Source of the DNA: a virus
Virus record (IMG/VR): IMGVR_UViG_3300045988_181101
Strand: one strand, 5' to 3'
Length of the DNA: 64,000 nucleotides
Positions 52,706 through 63,200 of the stretch are shown here, piece by piece. A program made the translations under genes and the position numbers. Within the stretch, counting starts at the first letter, position 1, and every line of letters starts with the position of its first letter. Under the pieces are notes generated by a model, which saw only the letters and a program-made list of their open reading frames with translations, had not been told where the DNA came from and ran no database searches.

Positions 52706-55444
52706 TTAAATCAAATTTATTCCTACTTGAACTTCTTTCTCACACTCTCTCAACGAGTTAATCGAAATAAAGGTACTCATACAAACATCATCGTGTCCCG
52801 AAGCAGCTTCAAGTTTACCATTATCACTTTTAAACGTTATAGATGAGAATTCACCAAACATTAAGTCAACTGCTTGTCTCGTTTCTCCTACAGCATAAGG
52901 ACATTTTAATTGACCTCTTTCAAACATTGCTGAAAGACTTGGTAATCCTGTATAAAGATCCTTCTTATTTCCTTCAGTCGTAGTAAAAGTTTCAATATTT
53001 TTCAATCCTCTTTCTCTTGCTAACGCAGATAATATGGACTGAAATCCGTTTGATTCACATACAATTTTATTAGGTCTAAATAATCTATCAAGTTGAACAA
53101 TCTTATCTATCTGCTCATTATGAGACATTCCTTTTTGTCTGTAATAAGTAAGTAGATAATAATTCTTCATTGAATCAATACCCCAAACTGAATATACAGT
53201 ATAGTCTGCACCAATATTACCTGAAACAGCAAAGTCTACACCTATATGAACTCTTTGTAATTTTATAGGATAATCATCTATAGATGTAGCGAATCTTATA
53301 TTTTCCATTCCTACAGTTGATCTCATCAAATATTCATAAGGAAATATTGTAGATGAATCACTAATAGGTACTACAAGATACTCACGATTAAACACGATTG
53401 TTCCAAGTTCTTCTCTCTTTGCAAGAATCTGATCAAACGTATATCTATCAGGAGCAAGTGGTCTACCATCAGGAAATATAACTGGATATTCAAAACAGTA
53501 AAATCGCTTATCAGCTTTCAATACTTGATATAATTCATTTGGTGCAGAAGAATATGGTGTTCCACAAACAATAAAATATCCATAAGGCTCTACGATAGGC
53601 TCAATTGTTCCTTTTAGAAGTTCTTTAAGTTTTTCTCTTTGTTCGTCTGAATATAAAGAAGATTCATCAGGCATATCATCACATAATACAGCTCCTACGT
53701 GTAGACCGCGAATGAAACCATCGCGACCACGAATATGTAATGTGCTTCCTGTTTCAGTTGTTATACCTGTTTCTCCAATAGATGCTTTACCATTTGGATT
53801 AAGTTTCTCAGCTATCAAATCATTTGTTTCAATTTCCTCTCTTACTTTTTTAATCTGAACTTTCGCAAGTGTCATCGTAGATGTGATATAACACGTTTCT
53901 TTTCTGTTTTGATTATCTACAGTATTTTGTCTCCAGGGAACAGGTCGACAATAACTCCATAATCTCCAAAGAATAAATGCATAAGACCACATATAACTAT
54001 TATGAACAACAGTTCCATCACTGAGTAGAAATTTATGATCACCATCTAAAGCAAATCCATAATAGTCTCCTTCTCCTGCTTGAGTAATAGTTAAAGCTGA
54101 TTTATTACCTTGTTGAACTTTATCATATTGTTGAGCTTGCTTTCTCTTTACTTTAGTAGGTATTGTCCAAATTTTACCGGATATATAAATTCTGTAGAAT
54201 TTATAATTTTTATAACTATATTCACCAATTTGTATATTTTTTCTCACATGTGTTTCTATAGAAGTACATTGAAATCCAAGTGACAAAGCAAGATAACGAA
54301 TTTGTTCTATAAGCTCATATTTCTTTAAAGATAATTCAAACGAACATGAATTTCTCGAAGTTCCTTTTCGTTTTAAATATTTTTGTTCATTTAAATGACC
54401 GTCCGAATCCAAGATACCTGCTAATAATTGAAGTCTCTGTTGACGAGAACCTTTCATATAAACATCAGGAATATGCTTGTTTTGAATTAAATTCAAATCT
54501 CTCAATTTAGATGATAAATCTACTCCGGAAATTCCGTTTAACATTTCTTTTTCTTTATAAGAATATTTTCCTCCTATCCTTTTACTATATTCTTTAATTG
54601 CATTTCTTACTTCTATATCCGGATTTGTTATGTAATAATTGCAATTCGTACCATCACCAAGCCAAAGTCCAAGCCAATATGGATCAATAGAAAGTTCTTT
54701 TTCAGGAAGTTCCCATCCATCAATCTTTCTGTATCCAAAAATTTTCTTCCGACCATAACCTGCATGTTTAGGGATGTCTTCAACAGGAATGTCTTTATAA
54801 ATTCTTTTTGTTACTCTTTTATTATCTATTGTTGTTGGTCGATCCCAAATACAACAAACCAAATGACCTTCATTCACATAATAATCTTTAGCATAAGTTT
54901 GATGAACTTTATACATCTGCGACCGACCTCTATGAAGTTGAAGAACTGTTCTTGGAGTATTATCTATTCCCATCACTTGATCTCCAACTTTAATATCTTG
55001 AACAGGCTTTAAAGAACCATCATACATAACTACTAACTCGTTGATACTGAGACATTTACCTGAACCGCGACCACAAAGATAACAGCTCCACGGAAACAGT
55101 TGTGTCATATTACCCCATTCAACATTTCTCCAACCCATCCTAAAATTAGGGAGCATTGTCAAAATGAAGTAATTCAATGAATAAATCTTCAAAGTTGTAT
55201 CCATTGAAGCTTTTACATTCTCTATATAATCAAGACTTTCAGAATCAAGTGTTCTACCAAGATACAGTGTTTTTTCAGTTTGAGTAAGTATTTCCTTTAA
55301 CATTTTATCAACATCATTATTATAACCTTCAAGAAGTTGATTTAATGCTTTAGGAGATAGATCCTCAATTATTTTATCTACAGTATCATATAGATAATTC
55401 ATTTGATTTACTGAAAGTAAATCTTTACCATCTAATGTTAACAT
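52706..55444 (-). CDS. terL: terminase large subunit, interrupted by an intein
   Basis: Exteins restore Walker A CGRGSGK|S. Walker B is AVLCDDMPDE. Nuclease motifs are HIGVDFAVSG..ADYTV, CESNGFQ and GHDDVCMS. Confidence 0.8.
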   Translation of the reverse strand: MLTLDGKDLLSVNQMNYLYDTVDKIIEDLSPKALNQLLEGYNNDVDKMLKEILTQTEKTLYLGRTLDSESLDYIENVKASMDTTLKIYSLNYFILTMLPNFRMGWRNVEWGNMTQLFPWSCYLCGRGSGKCLSINELVVMYDGSLKPVQDIKVGDQVMGIDNTPRTVLQLHRGRSQMYKVHQTYAKDYYVNEGHLVCCIWDRPTTIDNKRVTKRIYKDIPVEDIPKHAGYGRKKIFGYRKIDGWELPEKELSIDPYWLGLWLGDGTNCNYYITNPDIEVRNAIKEYSKRIGGKYSYKEKEMLNGISGVDLSSKLRDLNLIQNKHIPDVYMKGSRQQRLQLLAGILDSDGHLNEQKYLKRKGTSRNSCSFELSLKKYELIEQIRYLALSLGFQCTSIETHVRKNIQIGEYSYKNYKFYRIYISGKIWTIPTKVKRKQAQQYDKVQQGNKSALTITQAGEGDYYGFALDGDHKFLLSDGTVVHNSYMWSYAFILWRLWSYCRPVPWRQNTVDNQNRKETCYITSTMTLAKVQIKKVREEIETNDLIAEKLNPNGKASIGETGITTETGSTLHIRGRDGFIRGLHVGAVLCDDMPDESSLYSDEQREKLKELLKGTIEPIVEPYGYFIVCGTPYSSAPNELYQVLKADKRFYCFEYPVIFPDGRPLAPDRYTFDQILAKREELGTIVFNREYLVVPISDSSTIFPYEYLMRSTVGMENIRFATSIDDYPIKLQRVHIGVDFAVSGNIGADYTVYSVWGIDSMKNYYLLTYYRQKGMSHNEQIDKIVQLDRLFRPNKIVCESNGFQSILSALARERGLKNIETFTTTEGNKKDLYTGLPSLSAMFERGQLKCPYAVGETRQAVDLMFGEFSSITFKSDNGKLEAASGHDDVCMSTFISINSLRECEKEVQVGINLI
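53999..55054 (-). mobile_element. intein (352 aa) with LAGLIDADG homing-endonuclease domain, class 1
   Basis: Residues 131-482: starts CLSINELVVMYDG, ends DGTVVHN|S. LAGLIDADG motifs are LGLWLGDGT and LLAGILDSDGHL. Confidence 0.8.
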
Positions 55445-56103
55445 AATTGAAACGAATCTCTATATCTTTTTTGTTCGACTTTTTGAATAATCTGTCCTTC
55501 TCCTCTTAACTTTTTAATACACGAAATTAGATATTGAGCGTTTGCTTTTGTATCATTCAAAGCTCTATGTGCATCAACAAGATCAATTCCTGCTAATTGA
55601 CAACAAGTACCAAGTTGATAATTTTCTTGCTCTAAAGAACTTATATGAGCCCAATGCATTGTATCTATATAATATTTTACATACTTATCTATATCATCAT
55701 TCATGTATGTAAAGAAATTTCTCAAAAAAGGATTGTCAAATCCATTTGTACTTTGTCCTCCTATATTATGTCCTGCTAATGTACATAATTGTCTTGGATT
55801 CTTATACTTAGTGAACCAAGTTTTAAGTTCTTTATATATATCTTTTAATGGAGTTGCAAGTTCTTCTTGCATCTGCTCTGTAATTCCATGTACTGCAGTG
55901 GCTTGTTCTGAATAGATGAGATCCTCCTTATAATTATAAGGGAAAATTCTATCAAGTTCATCTACTATTTCCAATGTCTTCATATCAATACAAACCATTG
56001 CTATTTCAACACAAGGAGCATTTTCAAAGGCAATACATTTACTATTACATAAATTGCCAGTCTCGAAATCGTAAACTAAAATGTAATTACAAGATGTTTT
56101 CAT
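55438..56103 (-). CDS. DEDDh 3'-5' exonuclease (DnaQ/epsilon-like)
   Basis: ExoI is LVYDFETGN, ExoII is HNIGG..FDNPFL, ExoIII is HRALNDTKA. Confidence 0.75.
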   Translation of the reverse strand: MKTSCNYILVYDFETGNLCNSKCIAFENAPCVEIAMVCIDMKTLEIVDELDRIFPYNYKEDLIYSEQATAVHGITEQMQEELATPLKDIYKELKTWFTKYKNPRQLCTLAGHNIGGQSTNGFDNPFLRNFFTYMNDDIDKYVKYYIDTMHWAHISSLEQENYQLGTCCQLAGIDLVDAHRALNDTKANAQYLISCIKKLRGEGQIIQKVEQKRYRDSFQLC

Positions 56104-56345
56104 TCTTCACACACTTTATTAATATCATTAGCTAATACATTGTACAATTTTATAGTACAATGTTTTTTAGGTATAATCACAATTTCATTTCCTCCTAAAT
56201 ATTCAGGAATATGACCTCTTTTAATATAAAATGTCACATCATTTCTATTAAAAGGTTTACCATTATCTTTCGTAAAATTCTCATTTAGCCAAATTAAAAG
56301 ACCTTGAGCATTAACATCTCTTATTAAATATTTTTTTTCGTCCAT
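56100..56345 (-). CDS. hypothetical protein (81 aa)
   Basis: ATG ORF with a 4-nt overlap. Confidence 0.5.
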   Translation of the reverse strand: MDEKKYLIRDVNAQGLLIWLNENFTKDNGKPFNRNDVTFYIKRGHIPEYLGGNEIVIIPKKHCTIKLYNVLANDINKVCEE

Positions 56346-56346
56346 A

Positions 56347-56742
56347 TTATCTCATCATTAATAATTTTTCAAAATCAATATCACGCATTTCTTCACTCTC
56401 GTATTTTATAAAAAGATTCTTTATAGGATTATCTTTGAATGAAGCTGTTTCATCTTCAAGTTTGTTTATAGCAATTATAGGATTACCATTTGAATCATAA
56501 TCTTTTTGAAACGAAATTATGAAATATTTCAAAAGACTATATTGATTTTCACCAAAAATAAAATTTCTTTTCTTGTTCTTTTCTGAAAAATCATCCCATA
56601 AAAATGCTTCTGAATAAAGTCCTAAAACAGTATCGTTATTAGGTTTCTCCAAATAATTATCGATTCTATGAGAGAATCTTTTTAATCCTATATTCTTAAA
56701 GACTTCGTTACATATTTCAATAACTTCTCTATCTCTATTCAT
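56347..56742 (-). CDS. hypothetical protein (131 aa)
   Basis: ATG ORF. Confidence 0.5.
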   Translation of the reverse strand: MNRDREVIEICNEVFKNIGLKRFSHRIDNYLEKPNNDTVLGLYSEAFLWDDFSEKNKKRNFIFGENQYSLLKYFIISFQKDYDSNGNPIIAINKLEDETASFKDNPIKNLFIKYESEEMRDIDFEKLLMMR

Positions 56743-57166
56743 TATGCTCTTTTTTTAATAATTCGTCAATCATTTCTTCAGATATCTGACGTTTCAATTT
56801 CTTTCTATCTCCAAATTCATAAATTCTATGACATTGAGGACACGTCAAAACTATATTATCTTTATCACATCTTAATTTTGGATGTGCTCCTCTTGAAAGA
56901 ATATGACTAAAAAAGATTGGTTTAAGTTCTTTTCCAAGATAAGTGCCACAATGATAACAATAATGAAATCTCTCATTCCAAATCTCTTCAAATATAGATT
57001 GTAAATTATTAGATTTTTCTTCTAAATTACTTCGATCTATTCTTACAGATTTTCTTTTACTATCACAATCTTTACATAGCCATTTGATGCGATTCCAAAT
57101 CTTGTAATTTGTTTTACAACACACACAAGGTCTATTTTCTATCCTTTCTTTCTTTATATATCCCAT
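56735..57166 (-). CDS. NinG-like / HNH-type zinc-binding protein
   Basis: CVCCK...CKDCDSK and CYHCG......SHILSRG.....DKDNIVLTCPQCH. Confidence 0.5.
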   Translation of the reverse strand: MGYIKKERIENRPCVCCKTNYKIWNRIKWLCKDCDSKRKSVRIDRSNLEEKSNNLQSIFEEIWNERFHYCYHCGTYLGKELKPIFFSHILSRGAHPKLRCDKDNIVLTCPQCHRIYEFGDRKKLKRQISEEMIDELLKKEHNE

Positions 57167-57315
57167 TCTCTCAATCCTCTAATCAAAGCTTCTTCTATAC
57201 TTATAGAAGGGTCTTGTTTTAATTCTAAAAATGCAGAAGCTAAAACTTCGAATTCTAATCCTTCCTTTTTAGCAATTTTGAAATTTCTTTCTATAAAATC
57301 AATTAGATCTTCCAT
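57154..57315 (-). CDS. hypothetical small protein (53 aa)
   Basis: ATG at 57315 (MEDLIDFIERNFKIAKKEGLEF...), TAA at 57156-57154. Overlaps both neighbours by 13-17 nt. Below the track cut-off. Confidence 0.3.
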   Translation of the reverse strand: MEDLIDFIERNFKIAKKEGLEFEVLASAFLELKQDPSISIEEALIRGLREWDI

Positions 57316-57799
57316 TTTTACATGCATTATAATAATAACAATCTTTACATTTTAATTCATCAAAAAGAATACCATTATATTCTCCACAAAATATAAATCC
57401 TTTTGGAGTACTCCAAAATTTATGTCTCAAAAAATCTTTATATCTATCAGAAAAATAAGATTCTTCATCTTTTTTTAGAGGGTTGATCAAACATCTATCT
57501 CTTTGAAATTTTGAAACATAAAACATTTTTTCTCTTGTTCTCTCATTCCAACGTTTTAAAGCGTTTGAACTTACTATCTTTGTTAATGTTAAAGGATATC
57601 TGCTTATATTATTATTTCCTGATAAAACAAATTGAAACAACAAATATTCCCATAATTCATTTGTCGATTTTATATTTGAATTTAAAAAGAATTTTTCTAT
57701 AAGTTGAATTTCTCTTTTCTTCCTTTTCAAACTATAATTAGGAGAACAAGTTAATCTCTGTTTTAAATATTCAAATATTTCACAAAACTCCTCTATCAT
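57299..57799 (-). CDS. hypothetical protein (166 aa)
   Basis: ATG ORF. Confidence 0.5.
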   Translation of the reverse strand: MIEEFCEIFEYLKQRLTCSPNYSLKRKKREIQLIEKFFLNSNIKSTNELWEYLLFQFVLSGNNNISRYPLTLTKIVSSNALKRWNERTREKMFYVSKFQRDRCLINPLKKDEESYFSDRYKDFLRHKFWSTPKGFIFCGEYNGILFDELKCKDCYYYNACKNGRSN

Positions 57800-57827
57800 A
57801 ACAAAATTGTATCTCTAAAAGTTAAAG

Positions 57828-57851
57828 AAAAGGACGAATTCTCGTCCTTTT
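57828..57851 (-). terminator. rho-independent terminator
   Basis: AAAAGGACGA-ATTC-TCGTCCTTTT, a perfect 10-bp stem with U-tracts in both orientations. Downstream of the stop at 57881. Confidence 0.65.
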
Positions 57852-57880
57852 GATTTTGTAAAATTACAGAAATAAAATTA

Positions 57881-58438
57881 TTAATCCCACGTTATCTTTA
57901 AATCAACAGTCTCTTGTTTCCCTTTTTCTATAGGTTTATATCTTGATCTATGAAATGGATCAGGTTCTGCTACATTATTATATTCTTCAAGAGCTTTTTC
58001 TTTGTCTGCTGTTCTTGATAACCATAATCCTATCATCTGACCTGGATTAAGATTACCAATACTAACTTTACTATCAACTGTAGCATCGTAAAGTTGAGTA
58101 TATAATGGTTTACTATAGACAGAAGGAATATGTTCCATAAAAGGTTGTTCGTCATTAGAAAGAAGAGTTGCTCCTATTTGATAGGAACAAATATTCGAAT
58201 CCTTCTTTTCGAACCATAATTCTATATTTTCAATAATTTCTTCGCTTTCATTTTTAATGATAATAGCTCTATATTGCGTTTTTACATCTTTAATTTCTGA
58301 AAGACTTATTTCATCAAAAAGATTATCAAAAACATCATTTGGAACTTCAGTAGACGAAGGAAATCCACCTAATGAGTTTATATAGTTTCCTTGAATATCA
58401 AGATAACCTGAACTTACAGTATAATATAATTTCAACAT
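57881..58438 (-). CDS. hypothetical protein (185 aa), virion-module context
   Basis: ATG ORF. Confidence 0.5.
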   Translation of the reverse strand: MLKLYYTVSSGYLDIQGNYINSLGGFPSSTEVPNDVFDNLFDEISLSEIKDVKTQYRAIIIKNESEEIIENIELWFEKKDSNICSYQIGATLLSNDEQPFMEHIPSVYSKPLYTQLYDATVDSKVSIGNLNPGQMIGLWLSRTADKEKALEEYNNVAEPDPFHRSRYKPIEKGKQETVDLKITWD

Positions 58439-58445
58439 AATTGCA

Positions 58446-59276
58446 TTATTTATTTACAAATCCTGCTAAAGACCAAAATTCTTTCTTTACAGAATTATCA
58501 ATTGTTATTGAACCACCACTATTACGTATTCTTGATATATAAAACTCAGTATCTTCTTTAGCAGGAGGAGTTGAGTTTTCAGTTTCTTTTTCTAAGGAAA
58601 TATTGTAAAAATCGTAAGTATATAATCCTGCTTTTTGTTCTTTTGAAAAGACTGCTGTAATAGGTATTGTTCCAAGAATAATAACTCTCAAATTAGACTC
58701 CGGTGTAAATTCAGCATTTGAAGTTAAAATCAAATTTTGATCATCTACAACTGAAACAATTTGATATACACCATCATTTAAAGGTTTACTACCATCTTCT
58801 CTTTCAAATCTAATTGAAACAGGAGTTGAACCTGCTTGACCTCTCACTTTTCCTGAAAAAGAAACGTTACCATTTACATTTCCCTTTTGATTTATAGAAA
58901 CTGTTCCAAATTCATAATTTCGTGTAGCATAACTTATTTTTACCCAATAAAACTGATCATCTTGAGGACAAACAAGATTATCTTGAATATCATCTATAAA
59001 AATTATTTGTCCTAAATTATTAAACGCTAATCCTGGAAGAACTTTATAAGTTCCATTGGTCGTACCTTGTTCAACTTTAAATGGATCATTCGGTTCAAAT
59101 TCTACAGGTTTTTGAAATCCTGTATTAAATTTACTCGGATCGTTTGTTACAATTCCATAAGTATAAGTTGCTTGCAACAACAATTGTTTAAATAATGAAT
59201 TTTGCAAAAATCCTTGTAAATTCATTAATTCTTCTTTTTCAAGAAAAATGTTTCTATATATATTTAATTGATTCAT
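58446..59276 (-). CDS. hypothetical protein (276 aa), virion-module context
   Basis: ATG ORF. Confidence 0.5.
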   Translation of the reverse strand: MNQLNIYRNIFLEKEELMNLQGFLQNSLFKQLLLQATYTYGIVTNDPSKFNTGFQKPVEFEPNDPFKVEQGTTNGTYKVLPGLAFNNLGQIIFIDDIQDNLVCPQDDQFYWVKISYATRNYEFGTVSINQKGNVNGNVSFSGKVRGQAGSTPVSIRFEREDGSKPLNDGVYQIVSVVDDQNLILTSNAEFTPESNLRVIILGTIPITAVFSKEQKAGLYTYDFYNISLEKETENSTPPAKEDTEFYISRIRNSGGSITIDNSVKKEFWSLAGFVNK

Positions 59277-59279
59277 ACC

Positions 59280-59708
59280 TTATACAATTTCAATAGTTAT
59301 TTCTTCGCCTCTTTTCTGAGCAGCATCAATTATTTCATTTAATTTATCAGAAGTGTATCTTGATTCTGATAGCATTCCTTTAGAAGTGTTTTTACCAACA
59401 AGTATACATCCAGCACTATCTCTTGCTGTATTTCCGCTGTGTATAAGAATTCCTTCGAAATGAGGAACATCTAATAATCTTGGAAGATTACGACCAAACT
59501 TAGGAGACCAATTGTAGATTACTTTATATTTGCCATACGGAATGGCAGATTCTCCATAAACTTTCTTCTCGCCATTATCAAATGCTCCACTCTTATCTTT
59601 ATCTATAATTTTATCTTCTAAAGTATTAGAAAAAAATTCGTTATTCACATATAATCGACCAACAGTATAATTTTCTTTTGGCCATAATCTTTCAACTCTT
59701 AATTCCAT
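59280..59708 (-). CDS. YkuD-fold (L,D-transpeptidase-like, DUF5675-like) protein, candidate cell-wall enzyme
   Basis: ILIHSGNTARDSAGCILVG matches the YkuD catalytic H...(S/T).GC(I/V) signature. Confidence 0.5.
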   Translation of the reverse strand: MELRVERLWPKENYTVGRLYVNNEFFSNTLEDKIIDKDKSGAFDNGEKKVYGESAIPYGKYKVIYNWSPKFGRNLPRLLDVPHFEGILIHSGNTARDSAGCILVGKNTSKGMLSESRYTSDKLNEIIDAAQKRGEEITIEIV

Positions 59709-60190
59709 ATAGCATTACTGATTATTGATATATATATACTTACAAACATCCATATCTCTAACCAAAAAACAGGCTTATCATATTTATGGATTAAAAATCC
59801 TGTAGGAATTATTAAAATTAAAGGTATAAATATATAACCTGCAAAAATCATATAAAGTAATGAAGCTAATCCGCAAACTATTGTTGCTCCTATATGAACT
59901 TTACCGTCAAGTTCTAATTTAAAGCAAGGTGCTGCTCCAACGAAAATTAATCCAGCACAAGCTAAAAATGCACAACATTGATAATTTTCGCCATCAGTTA
60001 ATTCTAACCATTCAGGTAGAAGTATTCCTGCTGTTAAAATCATTACAACTTGAAACCACCAAGCCGATCGGTTACGTTTCTGTAATTGATAATAAGTATC
60101 GGAAATGCTCCAAGGAATACCTATTAATTTTATCACTTTCCAAAGATAAACAACTAAAACAATTAATGAAATAGGAATTAAATACCACAT
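59699..60190 (-). CDS. integral membrane protein (163 aa, at least 4 hydrophobic helices)
   Basis: Multiple 18-25-residue hydrophobic stretches. 10-nt overlap with the YkuD-like gene. Confidence 0.55.
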   Translation of the reverse strand: MWYLIPISLIVLVVYLWKVIKLIGIPWSISDTYYQLQKRNRSAWWFQVVMILTAGILLPEWLELTDGENYQCCAFLACAGLIFVGAAPCFKLELDGKVHIGATIVCGLASLLYMIFAGYIFIPLILIIPTGFLIHKYDKPVFWLEIWMFVSIYISIISNAIWN

Positions 60191-60215
60191 AATTTTTTAT
60201 TTTTAAATTAAACAA

Positions 60216-63200
60216 TTATTTCCAATCTGAAGGTATATCATTATAATCAGATAAATTAACACAACCTCTGTAACAACCTGTTCGTTTAGACGTATACAAT
60301 GTACTATTGTAACTTGAAGCTTGCATATTTTCAGCAGGTATATATCCATTCGTAAATCCCCATAAAGCTGTCAACCACCCCATAAAAGTTTCTCTTTCAT
60401 CATCCAATTCAGAACAACAAGATTCTCCTGTCAAAGAAGAACAACCTTCAAAACAAAATGAATAATCCTTACAATAAGCAGAAACACCTTGAACTTTCCA
60501 ATAATTTCCACCTTGTGTTCTTCTTCTTGTTACTGCGTATGAATAAAATAAATAATAAAGATCCCCTCTTAGATTAGAACATCCTGAAAAAGCTGAATTT
60601 AATGATTCTACAGGACATCCAAAAAAAGGACTTGATTCTTTTTCTCCATATATATATTGTAAATTTTTACAATTTTGAAATACACCAGCAAAATTAACGC
60701 AATTTGTAAGTCTTGAAAAATAATTAGAAGGAATTGAATTTACGCCAGTACCTGAAAACAAAAATTGAACTGAAGTTACATTAGAACATCTTAAATCAAT
60801 GTTAGTTATAGTTCCTAAATTTCCACAACCCATAAACGTTCTATCTAAAGTAGTTAAATTAGAACTTTCTATAACTGCAAACATAGAAGATAATTGACTA
60901 TTCTCAAACATTTCATCAGCATTTATACAATTTCGTGGGAATCCTCCTCTAAAATTAGAAAATCCTGAAGAACGAAACATTGCATTACAATTTACATTTG
61001 CAGTTAGATCTTCTATACGTGGCATTTGTTGTAATTTACTCGTATAATCAAACATCTCTGATGCATTTGTTAAACCAGAAGCATTTTGAAAAATCGAATC
61101 AGATACTACTTGTAAATTTGAACAACTTTTAAACATGGCACTTGCATTTGTACAAGTAGATGGAATTTGAATAGTTACACTTTCTAAACTTTTACAATCT
61201 TGAAACATTTTAGAAAGATATAATACTGTTTCAATATTTTCAATTAAACCTGATCTTACCTCAATTAAACCTGAATTTGCAAAGCATTCTGTAAAATCAC
61301 CTAATTTAGCCCAATCAAGCATACCTGGTTCAATTGAATTTAAACTCAAACAATTTGCAAATAATCTCACGCACGAACCTTGAACAAATCCAACACGTAA
61401 TTTATCTAATCTACTTAAAAGTATACATTTATAAAATCCTCCGTTTCCAAAATTAACTTGATTTGTATTTTGAAAAAACCTTTCTACATACCTTAATTTA
61501 TTTTGAATTCCATCAAGTAAAGGAGCTTCTTCACACGACCATCTTAAAGTTCCTATTTCTGAACCAAAACTAATCTTAATTTCTGTATTTTGTGATATAT
61601 CAAGACTTTCTTTAAAAATCTTACCGTAAGTTATAGTGCCATCTCCCCAATCAACTTTTAAATTAGATAATCCTTCTTGACTTGTATTAAGAATAGGAAG
61701 ACTAATTTTTTCAACTCCTGAACCACGAACAACAATGGCCATTGTATCTTCTATAGTTACAGTTACAGTTTTAGATGTTAAATCATTTGTAAAACTGCCT
61801 AAAGAATCCATACAATGTGGATAAGTAACTTTATAATTATAAGTTTTTTGTTCTGTTACTAAAAACAAAACTTCTCCATGACTATCAGTTGCTTCATTTA
61901 ACTCTCCAATCTGAATTGAAGCACCTTGTAATGCTAAACCATCACTTGTTTGAACTTTAAATGTGATTTCAGTATAAGATCTTTTCAATGTTCTTGTTAT
62001 AAAAACAGATTCGTTTTGAACAATAGCATTACCTGAAATAGTTTGATATCCTTCTTTTGAAATCGTATAATAATAACCGCTTAAATTATTACCATAACCT
62101 CTTAAAGTTAAACGACCTGGTTCTGATGAATTTAATGGATTCGTATTACCAACTTGACCACCACAACTAATATAAGCATTAGGAATTGGATTACTTAATT
62201 CATCAACTACAGTAAAAATTATAGAATATGTTGATTCACCCATTACAACATCTATTTCAGGATTTTCTGTAGTGATTGTTGTATTTTGTACTATATCTTC
62301 ATATGGCGGTTTTTTAGAACATCTATATTCTTTATTTTCAAGTGAAAGTGGTACATTTGAAAAGACTGCTTTTCCTTGTTGATTTGTTTTAATTGTCGAA
62401 CCATTAAAAGTTATAGATACATCTTGTACAGGTAACTTTTCATCAGGATTACTTGGATTAGGAATGTAAGTTGTGTTAAAAGTCACATTAGTTGTTTTTC
62501 TCGTTAAATTAACACTTACATCAGAATTTGAACCTGATATTACTCGATTACCTTCCGTTTGATTTATAAAATCTCCATTACTAACTGTATATCTATAATC
62601 TCCATTAGGAAGATTAAACGAAACTACACCTTCACTATTAGCATATCCTATTATATTACCATTAATCGTTACTAATGCTCCAACAGCAGGATTTGATTCT
62701 TGAGTAATTGTAAACTTTAACACATAAACTATAGTCGTTTGACGATACATTGTTACATTTACATTCAAAGCTTCATTCGTTACTCGAATATCTCCCCAAT
62801 TATAATTATATCCATCAGCTTCAACAGTATAATGATAATCACCATAAGATAGAAGAAACGAAGCAAGTCCTTCTTCTGTCGTATAATGAACCTCTTTATT
62901 AATTATAATTGCTGCATTGGAAAGGATCTCTCCTGATTCATTTCTAACATAGAACGTTACAACGTTTGATGATAACGTCAAATCTACAGGAACAACTGTA
63001 TTCCTATTACCAACTTCTACAGTTGAATCATATCTTTCAAACCCTTCTTTTGTAATTGAAAAAGGATAATTTCCTGAAGCAAAATTAAATATAGCTTCTC
63101 CATTTCTATTGGTTAAAATAGAATCTCTATCACCACATTTTACAGAAGCACCTTCTACAGGATTCCCATCACTTCGAACAACAAATCTAACTTCATATTG

